Positions 19,643 through 28,469 are shown, counted from the stretch's first letter. The stretch: DNA of 64,000 nucleotides from an uncultured virus (IMG/VR IMGVR_UViG_3300050821_006652) (IMGVR_UViG_3300050821_006652); one strand, 5' to 3'. The notes: generated by a model not told the origin, from the sequence alone. Numbers and translations are program-made.

Positions 19643-20210
19643 CGAAAAGAGCCAGGTCTTGGGAAACCCAGCTCTTTTCGCTGAAATTTAGCTGACAGAA
19701 ACATCTTACGACTTTCGCCCCATTTCTGTCAAGCTACCCCGATAATCGAAAAAGATAGCCGCACGAATCTGATAACTATGTCCGTGTGCGGCCAGGAAAC
19801 CTGGGAACCCACCAGCGTCGAAGGGCTGGGATGCCTTTTCCTTTAAGTGGTGCATCTCACGTTGATCCAGGGCCAGTAGGGAAGGCTCTGGGCTGCCAGG
19901 TGCGAAACCTCTGGCACGGGCGCAGGCGGCATAGCTCGCGGATTGAACCTGTGAGCCGATGACCAATCAACCGGGGATTACTGTGGAGTGGCAAGACGCC
20001 GCTGGGGGCGCTCGCTGTAGAAGAGGATATTACGCAATCCTCAATAATCGGATGCGGGTCGTGGGGGATAGAAGGACACCGCAGGAACTTCCTGGGGTGC
20101 TGACGGCGACCAAAAATAAACCGGGGGCGATGACTATAGGGGAAAAGTACGCGCGTCGTTGTGTGTGACAGCGTACCAGCAAGGCACTTTGTCCCACAGT
20201 CTCTTGAGAG
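19643..20210 (+). ncRNA. putative large structured RNA or leader (alternatively an origin region)
   Basis: more than 10 consecutive inverted repeats, no convincing ORF, promoter directly upstream. Confidence 0.5.
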
Positions 20211-20216
20211 GGTGGT

Positions 20217-20636
20217 ATGAAGCGAAAGAAGAATAAAACCCGCTTCGGTAAGGCCAAGCACACGCCGCGAAACTTCACCTACGCGGGCAAGGCCCTACGC
20301 GAAGGAAGCATCACCGAGGCCGAGGTAGAGAGGTTTCGCCAACCGCTCAAGAACTTTCACCCGAAGCCGACGCAATCCCGCTTCGCGCCGAAGAGGGTGT
20401 GGCAGACCTTGAACGAATACCAGTGGCAGCGGGTTGAGGAATGGGTGTACGTTTCGGTGAATGGGTTCGTGCTGTACGATAACCGGCTGGAGAGGCTGGT
20501 GGACCAGGTGACGATAGAGGCGATGATGAGGCTGGCAGAAGACTCGCTATCGTGGGGATTTGATGGGGGGATGGAGATTGATTGGGAAGAGGTCCGGGAC
20601 AGTTACCGGTGCGAACTTGGGAGAACAAGCCGATGA
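20217..20636 (+). CDS. hypothetical protein
   Basis: GAGGG RBS, ATGA coupling downstream. Confidence 0.55.
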   Translation: MKRKKNKTRFGKAKHTPRNFTYAGKALREGSITEAEVERFRQPLKNFHPKPTQSRFAPKRVWQTLNEYQWQRVEEWVYVSVNGFVLYDNRLERLVDQVTIEAMMRLAEDSLSWGFDGGMEIDWEEVRDSYRCELGRTSR

Positions 20637-20788
20637 AGAGTGACAAAGCCAATCCGATGACCAAGAGGCAAATGAAAAAGTTTGCCGAACTCGGAATACC
20701 GCTCGGTGAATACACGATCCACCAAGCGGCCAAGCTCATCAATGCGGCTTTGGTCAAGCGTGGTCTAGGCGGGAAGAGGTCAGGCTAG
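20633..20788 (+). CDS. hypothetical protein
   Basis: ATGA coupling. Confidence 0.45.
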   Translation: MKSDKANPMTKRQMKKFAELGIPLGEYTIHQAAKLINAALVKRGLGGKRSG

Positions 20789-20816
20789 AATACCGGCAGG
20801 AACTTGGGAGGATGCG

Positions 20817-21224
20817 ATGATGCGACTGCGACAGCGACGAGCCCCCAGGAGCGTGACAAAGCTGAAGGGGAAGCGGTACGTTATCAGACATTCCTGGCAG
20901 ATAGTCGAGTTGGCAAATTCTGACGGAAATGAAAAAGTGCTGGGAGAGTATTTGTCCGAGGGGCAGGCGAACCAAGCCTTGCAAAAAGTCCTCGTTACTC
21001 TCGCTGGCGCGGTCGATGGCGAAGTCGTCAACTTTCCTGAAACTCCAGGGCTCATTGGCGATCAGGCTGCTATCAGTTTGGGAAGGAGAGGAGGATTGAA
21101 GGGTGGACCACTCCGCGCGGAAAAGCTCGGAAAGGAAAAGGTTGTCGAAATCGCAAAGAAAGCGGCAAAAGCAAGATGGGACAAATATCGTGCTGCTCAA
21201 GTTTCTATTGAGGCCATGCCATGA
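20817..21224 (+). CDS. hypothetical protein with C-terminal GRxGGxKGG...RA.KL...EIAKKAA..RW motif
   Basis: GGAGG RBS; basic motif shared with 33320-33475. Confidence 0.6.
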   Translation: MMRLRQRRAPRSVTKLKGKRYVIRHSWQIVELANSDGNEKVLGEYLSEGQANQALQKVLVTLAGAVDGEVVNFPETPGLIGDQAAISLGRRGGLKGGPLRAEKLGKEKVVEIAKKAAKARWDKYRAAQVSIEAMP

Positions 21225-21792
21225 CCCAGGAAGAAGCTGACCGTTTTATCTGTGAGCTTTGCGGCCAAGAGGACACGATGGACCGCCCCCTCGACAGCCC
21301 GGAGGCGGAGATGGAGTACCGGGCGGCCCGCACGATAAGACACTTCCCCGCCATCCCCTCGATAGTCGGCACCAACCCCCGGCACATCTTGTTGAAATGG
21401 TCCCACGGCTCCAAGCCCCAATTCGATAGCACGATGCCGCCGGCGTCCTGGCTGACCAGCGTGGTCCAGTGGCCGCCCAGGTCCGTCTCGACCTTCACCA
21501 GCGGCAATTCCAGCGGTATGGCCAAGAGGTAGAGGATAACCGCATCGGGGATGGGGTCGATGCGCAGGAAGTCCATCTTGTAGGCCAGCCCTTCCGAGGC
21601 CAGCATATGGAGCATCATCGACAGGCTGGTGCCGAACCAGTGAGGCGGGTACTTCGCTTCGAGCTGGCGGACCAGATCGGGAGCGGCATCGCGGCCGGGC
21701 GACAGGCCGAGAGCGGTGCGGATGTTCGCCACGGCGACCTGCCCGCAGTTCACGTTGGGGAAAGCGCCGTCGTCGTTTGTGTATTCGGTCAC
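21205..21792 (-). CDS. papain-fold (C39-like) cysteine peptidase
   Basis: NCGQVAVA (Cys), GT, GGHWTTL (His), IVLSNWG; GTGA coupling. Confidence 0.6.
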   Translation of the reverse strand: MTEYTNDDGAFPNVNCGQVAVANIRTALGLSPGRDAAPDLVRQLEAKYPPHWFGTSLSMMLHMLASEGLAYKMDFLRIDPIPDAVILYLLAIPLELPLVKVETDLGGHWTTLVSQDAGGIVLSNWGLEPWDHFNKMCRGLVPTIEGMAGKCLIVRAARYSISASGLSRGRSIVSSWPQSSQIKRSASSWVMAWPQ

Positions 21793-22190
21793 TTGACCTC
21801 TCCATTCGTGATGAACCCATGCCAGCAAGACGCCATATCCTTGCCGCCCAGGACATCGACCGAGGGCGTCAGCGTCAAATCGTTCAAGCAACTCCCGCTC
21901 ATTGTCCAGCGCGGTCGTGTTTTCTTGTCCTTGCCGAATGGCCCATGATCGGCAGGAACAGGCGGCGCGTTTCGCGGGTTAGAGAATGGAATGATAAGGC
22001 CGTGCGGCCTTGCGCCGTCCGGGGGAAAGCCCGGCCTGCCAAATCCGCACGGACACCACAGGAACAACCCTTGCGCGCCTTCGATAACGTCGCCTTGATG
22101 CCGCCAACTCCCACCGCGCCCATCGGCATCGCACGGCTTCACGCTGCCATAGAACTCGGCATCAAACCAAGGGTCGATAAGTCTTGGCAT
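21789..22190 (-). CDS. DUF6527-like protein
   Basis: LFLWCPCG...H...WT...LTLTPSV...CWHGFITNGE. Confidence 0.65.
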   Translation of the reverse strand: MPRLIDPWFDAEFYGSVKPCDADGRGGSWRHQGDVIEGAQGLFLWCPCGFGRPGFPPDGARPHGLIIPFSNPRNAPPVPADHGPFGKDKKTRPRWTMSGSCLNDLTLTPSVDVLGGKDMASCWHGFITNGEVK

Positions 22191-22201
22191 TGGAAATCAC
22201 C

Positions 22202-22486
22202 CTAAAATTCCTTGACGATTGCACCGTGCCAGCTCACGCCGCCATTGCCGCTATGTACCAAGATGGAATTACTTCCCCACGGCCCGCTGACCACGGAAAT
22301 TGTGCCGTCCTCATGCTCTTCGACGTGATGATTTCTCAACCACCCATACAACCCATTCGGAGTCACGCAATGCCAAGTGCCGTCGTCCCACTTCGAGTAA
22401 TCACCGGGCTCGCCAAGAGGCATATGGCCGTCGTCTTGCGGAACAGGGTATGTCCTTTTTCCTTGGAACGTCGCCAAAGTTTTCAT
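22202..22486 (-). CDS. hypothetical protein, distant DUF6527-like
   Basis: H.VEEHEDGTISV...SIL...WHGAI. Confidence 0.5.
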   Translation of the reverse strand: MKTLATFQGKRTYPVPQDDGHMPLGEPGDYSKWDDGTWHCVTPNGLYGWLRNHHVEEHEDGTISVVSGPWGSNSILVHSGNGGVSWHGAIVKEF

Positions 22487-22503
22487 GGCTTGAATCACCC
22501 TCA

Positions 22504-22543
22504 AAATAAAAAGCCTCCGTCCCCTCTCCAAAGGACGGAGGCT
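22504..22543 (-). terminator. intrinsic terminator
   Basis: AGCCTCCGTCC/GGACGGAGGCT stem followed by TTTTATTTT on the minus strand. Confidence 0.85.
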
Positions 22544-22564
22544 ACTGCCCCAAAGAAACACCGA

Positions 22565-23017
22565 TCAACGAAGATTGAGGTTGAACCGCAACTGCCGATT
22601 CTGTTGCAGCCGAAGGAACGGGCGGAACAGACCGAAGCGTTGCTGGCCCACTCCCACGTTGACGCCGCCCAGAGCAAACGGGTTGATAGCCGCCCCCGCG
22701 AAGCCAGGCTGCACGCCGCCCGTGCGGTCGTTGTTGATAATGGTGATGCCCTGGCCAGCGGTGCCAGCGTTCGCAAAGGCCGAGGCTCCGAATCCACCGA
22801 CCGGGGGCAGGCTCATCTGCGAGAACTGCTGTTGAGCGAGAAACTGCTGGAGCGCGAGCTGTTGCTGGAAGGCGCTATTAAGGAACATCGCATTGGCGGG
22901 CACCCCGCAACCACCGACGCCGGCGGCGCGGAAGTTGAGGTTGAGGCCGTTGCCGTGGGCCTGGGCCGAGGGGACGGCAAGAGCCAAGGCCAAGAGAGCG
23001 AGGCAAATCTTTCGCAT
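22565..23017 (-). CDS. secreted Gly/Gln/Asn/Phe-rich low-complexity protein
   Basis: Sec signal MRKICLALLALALAVPSAQA. Confidence 0.7.
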   Translation of the reverse strand: MRKICLALLALALAVPSAQAHGNGLNLNFRAAGVGGCGVPANAMFLNSAFQQQLALQQFLAQQQFSQMSLPPVGGFGASAFANAGTAGQGITIINNDRTGGVQPGFAGAAINPFALGGVNVGVGQQRFGLFRPFLRLQQNRQLRFNLNLR

Positions 23018-23101
23018 GGGAATCTCCTTTGAACTGTTAGGCAACTCCTAATGGTTGCCGATGGATTACACATCTCTCCAAAACCTATTGTACCACATCG
23101 G

Positions 23102-23386
23102 CTACAGGAATTCGTATCCGCGAGCCTTGGGTTCGGTAACTGGCTCCTGTCTTTCGATAGCCGCTATTGCTCCTACGGTTTTGCGAACATCTTCCACGGC
23201 TGGCGTGGCACAAATTGCATCCAGAGCCGCCGTCGCTTCGATGGAGTAGGCCGGATGCGGCATGTTGTTCCGCGTCTCCAGGTTGCGGATGCGAGCTTCC
23301 GCCCGGTCAAGTTGTTGGCGCAGGTGGAACACGCTCGCCTCCAGGCCGCGAACAAGCTGCTCAAGCTGGACCATGCTTTCGGTCAC
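23102..23386 (-). CDS. coiled-coil hypothetical protein
   Basis: AGGAGG RBS, heptad repeats. Confidence 0.55.
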   Translation of the reverse strand: MTESMVQLEQLVRGLEASVFHLRQQLDRAEARIRNLETRNNMPHPAYSIEATAALDAICATPAVEDVRKTVGAIAAIERQEPVTEPKARGYEFL

Positions 23387-23583
23387 GGCAACCTCCTGAA
23401 ATCGCCTATGCCAGCATGGGGGACGGATAAGGCGTTACCCGTTTATGTCGTCAGGCCCACTAGAGCATTACCCCCTCGACGGCTGCTGCCTTGACCGGCC
23501 CACGCGCTGCTAATCCCCCGTTCGTTGACGGGCCTTGGGGCCATCCGCGCTTCGGCCAGAGCGGGCCGCACCACACCCGACTG

Positions 23584-23835
23584 TCAATTGACGCCTGCCG
23601 TGGTCGTCGTGTTCACCGTCCACGATGGATTCAGCGGCGTGAGCGGCGGCACCATCGGGACCGCCCCACCGAGAGGCCCGTAGTGCGGTTCGTAGAACGG
23701 AAACGGGTTGATCGGATATGGATAAGGCTGGTATGGCCCACCGACAGGCCCACGCCGCCCGCATCGTGGACAGTATCCGCAGCACGGGCACACGCCGGTT
23801 TCACAGGATTCCATGATTTTCTCCCAAAGTGTCAC
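23584..23835 (-). CDS. Cys/Pro-rich hypothetical protein
   Basis: CPCCGYCPRCG followed by a Pro/Tyr tract. Confidence 0.5.
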   Translation of the reverse strand: MTLWEKIMESCETGVCPCCGYCPRCGRRGPVGGPYQPYPYPINPFPFYEPHYGPLGGAVPMVPPLTPLNPSWTVNTTTTAGVN

Positions 23836-24018
23836 GTTTCGCCGTATAACCTTATGGCGGCGAAGCCTCAGCCCTGTCCGACTTCAGATCGAAGGGCACC
23901 GAAAAAGGTCGCCTGGCCATCGCCCTCGCCGCCTTTTCTCCAATAACAAGGGGTGCATCCATGCCAGGTGTCAACTCAAGAAGGCCACACTTTCCAGAGA
24001 AGCAACCACACCCCTTAA

Positions 24019-24149
24019 AGCCGCCTGCGGGAATTGAACCCGCCCCGTCCCAATGTTATTGGGCCGTGCTTCAAGGTTCTGGCCACGACAAGTAACCTCG
24101 CCATGTTCGGCGGCCAAGCCGAAGCACCTTGCCACTACACCAAGGCGGC
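24019..24149 (-). ncRNA. tRNA-like RNA with ~55-60 nt insertion in the D-loop (anticodon-position AAC)
   Basis: acceptor GCCGCCT/AGGCGGC, TGGTGTAGTGG D-arm start, T-arm GCGGG-TTCAATT-CCCGC. Confidence 0.65.
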
Positions 24150-24153
24150 AAAT

Positions 24154-25056
24154 TCATTGCCCCAAAAACCTGCCGTACACCGCAAGCCGCTGCACCGGGA
24201 GCTGGCCCGCCGAGCCGTCTGGGTTGCGCGGCATCCGGCTCTTGTCATCGTGCGTGAAGATGCGATTCAGCACGATGGCCTTCTGCTCGGCGTTGAATTT
24301 CGGCAGGTCTTCGACGTTGAAGTTCGTCTTGTTCTTCTCGCCCTTCGGTCCGCCGTGACAGGCGGCGCAGTCGGCCCGCACTACCGGCATGAATGCTTCC
24401 ACGAAGCTGCCCGTGGCCACAGGCGGCGGCGACACCACGGGCGGCGCGGTGCCGTAGTCGATCTTGCCCTGGAAGGTGGTCTTCTTGGGCGGGTTCAGGT
24501 TCTCCCTGATCACTTTGCCGATAGCCTGGATCTCAGCCACTCTTGAAGCCCCGGCGCTGGCCTGCCCGACCAGTTCGGAGAAGCCAGTCATGCCTTGCTG
24601 GTGGAGGGCGGCGGCGTTGTCCGTGTGTCTCGCCGCCTGTTGAAAGAGGGTGTTTAGGTCCAGCGAGCCGTAGTAGTCATTGGCGACTTGATTGACGCTG
24701 TAGCCGTAGAGCGTGCTGCCCTGGAATCCGAAGTTGCCGTATTGCAGCGAGTTGCCGCCGTAGGCCAGCCCCCCGGCACCGATGGCTTGCAGGTAGGCCG
24801 CATGATCGGCTTTCGCGGCATAGTAGCGGGCCACTTCGACCTTCCAATCCGCGCTGTAGGCAGGGATGGCGATTGCCGGGAGTACGGCGACCGGCGGCGC
24901 GACGTAGACGGGCGGGTAGTAGGTTGGGTAGTAGGTCGGGTAGTTGTAGGACACCGAGCAGTCATGGCGGGACCGGAAGCGGCGACCGAACAGGGCCAGG
25001 GCGTCCCCGACCAGTACCAAGGCGAGCAAGACGGCGATGAAGGCAAGTCGTTTCAT
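24154..25056 (-). CDS. secreted protein with C-terminal c-type cytochrome domain (planctomycete-like)
   Basis: signal peptide MKRLAFIAVLLALVLVGDALA; CAACH plus distal RMP Met ligand. Confidence 0.75.
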   Translation of the reverse strand: MKRLAFIAVLLALVLVGDALALFGRRFRSRHDCSVSYNYPTYYPTYYPPVYVAPPVAVLPAIAIPAYSADWKVEVARYYAAKADHAAYLQAIGAGGLAYGGNSLQYGNFGFQGSTLYGYSVNQVANDYYGSLDLNTLFQQAARHTDNAAALHQQGMTGFSELVGQASAGASRVAEIQAIGKVIRENLNPPKKTTFQGKIDYGTAPPVVSPPPVATGSFVEAFMPVVRADCAACHGGPKGEKNKTNFNVEDLPKFNAEQKAIVLNRIFTHDDKSRMPRNPDGSAGQLPVQRLAVYGRFLGQ

Positions 25057-25146
25057 GGGTATTCCTTCCTTGAGTGAGTTGATTTCATCCCCAAATTCTA
25101 CACCGTAGATGGGTGAAAACGCAAGGGATGCGGGGGCCATCGGCAT

Positions 25147-25389
25147 CTACCGAGGGGCAAGGAAAGAGAGAACGCAACAGGCGGTGGTCTCGCTAGCAAG
25201 GGCAGGCACGGTTCTCTCGTTACCCGACACCATCGAGTTCATGTCCTGCCCGCTGCTGCCGTCGATGTCCACGTCGTCTTCGGTCAGGCGGTGGACCTCG
25301 CTGCACTTGACGCAGGTGAGCGTGTCCGGCAGGGCCTTGAGCCGCGCCGCTGGTATCGGCTTGCCGCATGATTGGCAGAGCGTCTTCAT
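25147..25389 (-). CDS. DksA/TraR C4-type zinc finger protein
   Basis: CQSCGKPIPAARLKALPDTLTCVKC. Confidence 0.85.
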   Translation of the reverse strand: MKTLCQSCGKPIPAARLKALPDTLTCVKCSEVHRLTEDDVDIDGSSGQDMNSMVSGNERTVPALASETTACCVLSFLAPR

Positions 25390-27218
25390 TTCTTCTGCAT
25401 CCTTGCGAGGTTCTTTTGGACGCGCCCCGCGATGAACGAGTAGGTCAAGCTGAAGTCGAACCGATCCGGCTGATCCTCTTCCGCTTCTGAAAACAGACTT
25501 TCGATCCGAATATCCACCGGGATGATCGGCCCGACCGATTCGTTCGGGTCCGGGGCCAACAGCTTTCCCAGCACGTCAATAGCCTTCTCTTTCGGCACGT
25601 CAAGGCCGAGTTCCTGCAAAGCGCGGTGGGCGTTAATCGTCGGATACCAATAGTCACTGTAAATATCCACGACTTTCTGAGAAGCAAAGCGCACGACTTC
25701 CGTTTGCGAACCGCCGTTTTCCCACGGCCCGGTAGCCTGCAACACGGCTCGCGCATAGGAATTTCTGGCCAGTATTAGCGTCTCATCGGGACTACCGGCA
25801 TACCAGTCCGCCAGCCGCTGCACGTCCACGCCCTTGGCGAAGTCTCCGAAAATATCCACACGCCGTTTGCGTAGGGCGGTCACGGAATTTCCGAATGGCA
25901 TCCACCCGTCCGTTTTCGACTTGACGCCGTGGCACCAGATGCACGAAATGGCCGGTTCTAGTTCCGTCGAATGACCACCCGGAACGAGATTATTGCGGGC
26001 GACATTATCCGGGGCTTTTTCTTGCAGTTTGTTTTCGCCGTTGAAGAGCAAGAACAGATGCATCCCATTAGGTTTGCCGATGATCGCCTCTCGCGCCCGG
26101 AATTTGAACTTGACCAAGTTCATAAGTGGATGCTGGCCTGGGTCAATATCTTCCTTGCCAATATCGCTGGTGATGAAGGCGAAGGAAGTCAAACCGCCGC
26201 GCGTCGCCAAAGTTGGAAACCATTCAAATTGCCTGGGCCGCTTCGTGATCGACGAACGAGATATGGCCGAACGCTGGTCCGAGGGCAATTTGTCGAAAAT
26301 CTTCCGGTCCACTCCGAACGATTGGAGGATGCGGGCTTCGTCGGTTTGTTTGTCCTTGCCGTTCCCCTTCACGCCGACGAAATCGTAATACAGTCCGCCA
26401 AAGACCGTTCGGAAAGAAGCGTTGTCGCCCTGGATAGCCGAGAGGGCCCGCGACTGAAAATAGCGGAAGTTGACAATCGGGGCACTCGACCGCGTGAGGG
26501 CCTGCAATCCAGCATAGTTCGTCGGGTTCAGGTGCTGGCCGTTGAGTCGCAGAACATCGACCTTGCTCACGTCCACCGGCTTCAAACTCAGCACTTCCTC
26601 GACCTCGCGGGAATCGTAGGTCCACTTCTGGGTGAGTTTGACGCGCTGGCCGTCCTTGTTCTCCCCTATGTATGGTTCGCAATTCACCAGTTGCCAGTTC
26701 GTTTTTTCGATGCGCTTGCGTACCACGCGCTGCTCGACCAACCCAATCGCCGGGCCAAGCAACTTCAAGCTATCTTGGGTGATGAGCAAGTTGAAGTGTG
26801 GGTCGAAGGCGAGTTTTTCCCAGACGTTGAGGTATTCCGGCAAATCATCAAGCGGACAGTAATGTCGCAGGTCAACGCGCACCAATTGCCAGTTGGCCAA
26901 TGACACGGGTAGTCGTGGCCGCGCCGCCCGCGATACCGTGTTGAGCGTGAAACTGGTAGCCTGCACGTCCACCTTGAGGCCAGTTGGAACCCAGATGTAG
27001 CGGAGGAAGGGGGCAATCAGGGCGTTGGCTTGGGCATCGGCGTAGGCGGCTGCTACGGCGGCATCGGGAGAGGCCAGGGACAGGATGGGAGCGGGCTTGT
27101 CTTTCGGTTGGACCTTGACCGGGGTTTTGGGTGGTGGGAAGCGGAAGTCATCCGGGAAGTATTGGGCGTGGCCCAGAGCGGCGAGGGCCAGGAGCAAGAG
27201 AAGTGAGCATCCTTTCAT
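25386..27218 (-). CDS. large secreted protein with CxxCH heme-binding motif
   Basis: signal peptide MKGCSLLLLLALAALGHA; SCIWCHG. Confidence 0.7.
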   Translation of the reverse strand: MKGCSLLLLLALAALGHAQYFPDDFRFPPPKTPVKVQPKDKPAPILSLASPDAAVAAAYADAQANALIAPFLRYIWVPTGLKVDVQATSFTLNTVSRAARPRLPVSLANWQLVRVDLRHYCPLDDLPEYLNVWEKLAFDPHFNLLITQDSLKLLGPAIGLVEQRVVRKRIEKTNWQLVNCEPYIGENKDGQRVKLTQKWTYDSREVEEVLSLKPVDVSKVDVLRLNGQHLNPTNYAGLQALTRSSAPIVNFRYFQSRALSAIQGDNASFRTVFGGLYYDFVGVKGNGKDKQTDEARILQSFGVDRKIFDKLPSDQRSAISRSSITKRPRQFEWFPTLATRGGLTSFAFITSDIGKEDIDPGQHPLMNLVKFKFRAREAIIGKPNGMHLFLLFNGENKLQEKAPDNVARNNLVPGGHSTELEPAISCIWCHGVKSKTDGWMPFGNSVTALRKRRVDIFGDFAKGVDVQRLADWYAGSPDETLILARNSYARAVLQATGPWENGGSQTEVVRFASQKVVDIYSDYWYPTINAHRALQELGLDVPKEKAIDVLGKLLAPDPNESVGPIIPVDIRIESLFSEAEEDQPDRFDFSLTYSFIAGRVQKNLARMQKK

Positions 27219-27256
27219 GGGGTAAATACTACCCGACAGGATGGGCTTTGGAAAGG

Positions 27257-28270
27257 CTAAGTCGCACAAAGCCCGTCCATCCCGTCGCCAAGCATCCCGC
27301 AACTCATTCCCGCTCTTTCGCCGGGACCGTCCAGGTTCGCCATGCGGAGCGGCACAAGCTGGCGGTGGACAAACGGCGTTCCGACTAGCAGTTTTCTCTT
27401 GGTTGCACTTTCAGCGTCGGCAACGCGCTGAGCGTCGGCAACGCGCTGAGCGTCGTCAAACTCGCAAGCGTCGGTCCACTCTTCCGGTTCATTGTCCCGC
27501 ATAGCCTTCCACTCTTCATTGCTCCGAAACGGGCAACCGATGCAAGCCGATCTTGGAAACGTCCGGTCGGGGAAATGCTTTTTCAGCCACGCGCCGCAAT
27601 CCTCTCGCTGTTCCTTGTGCGGGAGAAACGGCACTTCCTGAATCGTTCGATCCGGCAACCAGACTTCACCCAAGAGCGGGTAGACGTGGTTGCGCCAGTT
27701 CGCGGGCATCCACTTCTTTTCAAAGGTCGGATGAATCTCCCCGTAGAAATCCGTGGTTGACCACTTCGTTTTCTTCTTTGCCCACTGACCGGGGAATACG
27801 GCGCGGGTGTGTTCATCTTCGCTGATTCCGAACCACTGTCGTACCAGCACGTCCTTTGGGATTCGCTTGCCGGGTGCGAGGCCCAGCAGTTCGCGGCGAA
27901 TCCACGCCTCAACAACTTCGATCTTATACTCCCGCGTACACTGGCGTTTCACGCGCCCTTGCTTGCCGTCGCGCCGCTTGATGAATACCGGGATGCTGGC
28001 GTACCGTTTCCCATCGTCAGACTTCCGGGCGCGGCGGAAAGCGATTGCATCCGCTCGCAAATCCCCCTTAGTTCGCACGATAACCGGGATACCATGCCGT
28101 GCCGCATAGCTCGTTAGAAACTCAACATTAGCGTAGACTTTTTTCGGTTCCCATTTCGTATCGGCAAAAATCGCGGCGTCGAATTTAGGGAGTTCGCCAA
28201 GGCAGGCCCCCAAGAGAATCCGAGAGGATTGCCAGCCCGCGCCGAGATTAAGGACGTTGAAGATTCGCAT
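27257..28270 (-). CDS. phage PAPS-reductase/PP-loop-like protein with Cys cluster
   Basis: LNLGAGWQSS, AIFADTKWE, RQCTREYK, GIS.DE, YPL, RSACIGCPF. Confidence 0.75.
   Translation of the reverse strand: MRIFNVLNLGAGWQSSRILLGACLGELPKFDAAIFADTKWEPKKVYANVEFLTSYAARHGIPVIVRTKGDLRADAIAFRRARKSDDGKRYASIPVFIKRRDGKQGRVKRQCTREYKIEVVEAWIRRELLGLAPGKRIPKDVLVRQWFGISEDEHTRAVFPGQWAKKKTKWSTTDFYGEIHPTFEKKWMPANWRNHVYPLLGEVWLPDRTIQEVPFLPHKEQREDCGAWLKKHFPDRTFPRSACIGCPFRSNEEWKAMRDNEPEEWTDACEFDDAQRVADAQRVADAESATKRKLLVGTPFVHRQLVPLRMANLDGPGERAGMSCGMLGDGMDGLCAT
27413..27455. repeat. 18-bp tandem repeat (AQRVAD x2) within the CDS
   Basis: AGCGTCGGCAACGCGCTG x2 plus partial copy. Confidence 0.9.
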
Positions 28271-28458
28271 CACTTCCCGCCTTCCGTTGGCCTGATCCTC
28301 AACAGCCCGCACCGCTGGCATACCTCGACCTCTACTTCGCCGCATACGATTTTCTCTTCCACGACTGACGAAGAAATGTAAACGTATGCGCGTTCGACCA
28401 TGAACATGTCGCTTGGCTTCCAATCGCAATCATGCGTGGGTATGCGTGGTTCGCTCAT
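28270..28458 (-). CDS. small Zn-ribbon hypothetical protein
   Basis: HDCDW...CQRCG. Confidence 0.5.
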   Translation of the reverse strand: MSEPRIPTHDCDWKPSDMFMVERAYVYISSSVVEEKIVCGEVEVEVCQRCGLLRIRPTEGGK

Positions 28459-28469
28459 GGCTTGGCCTC

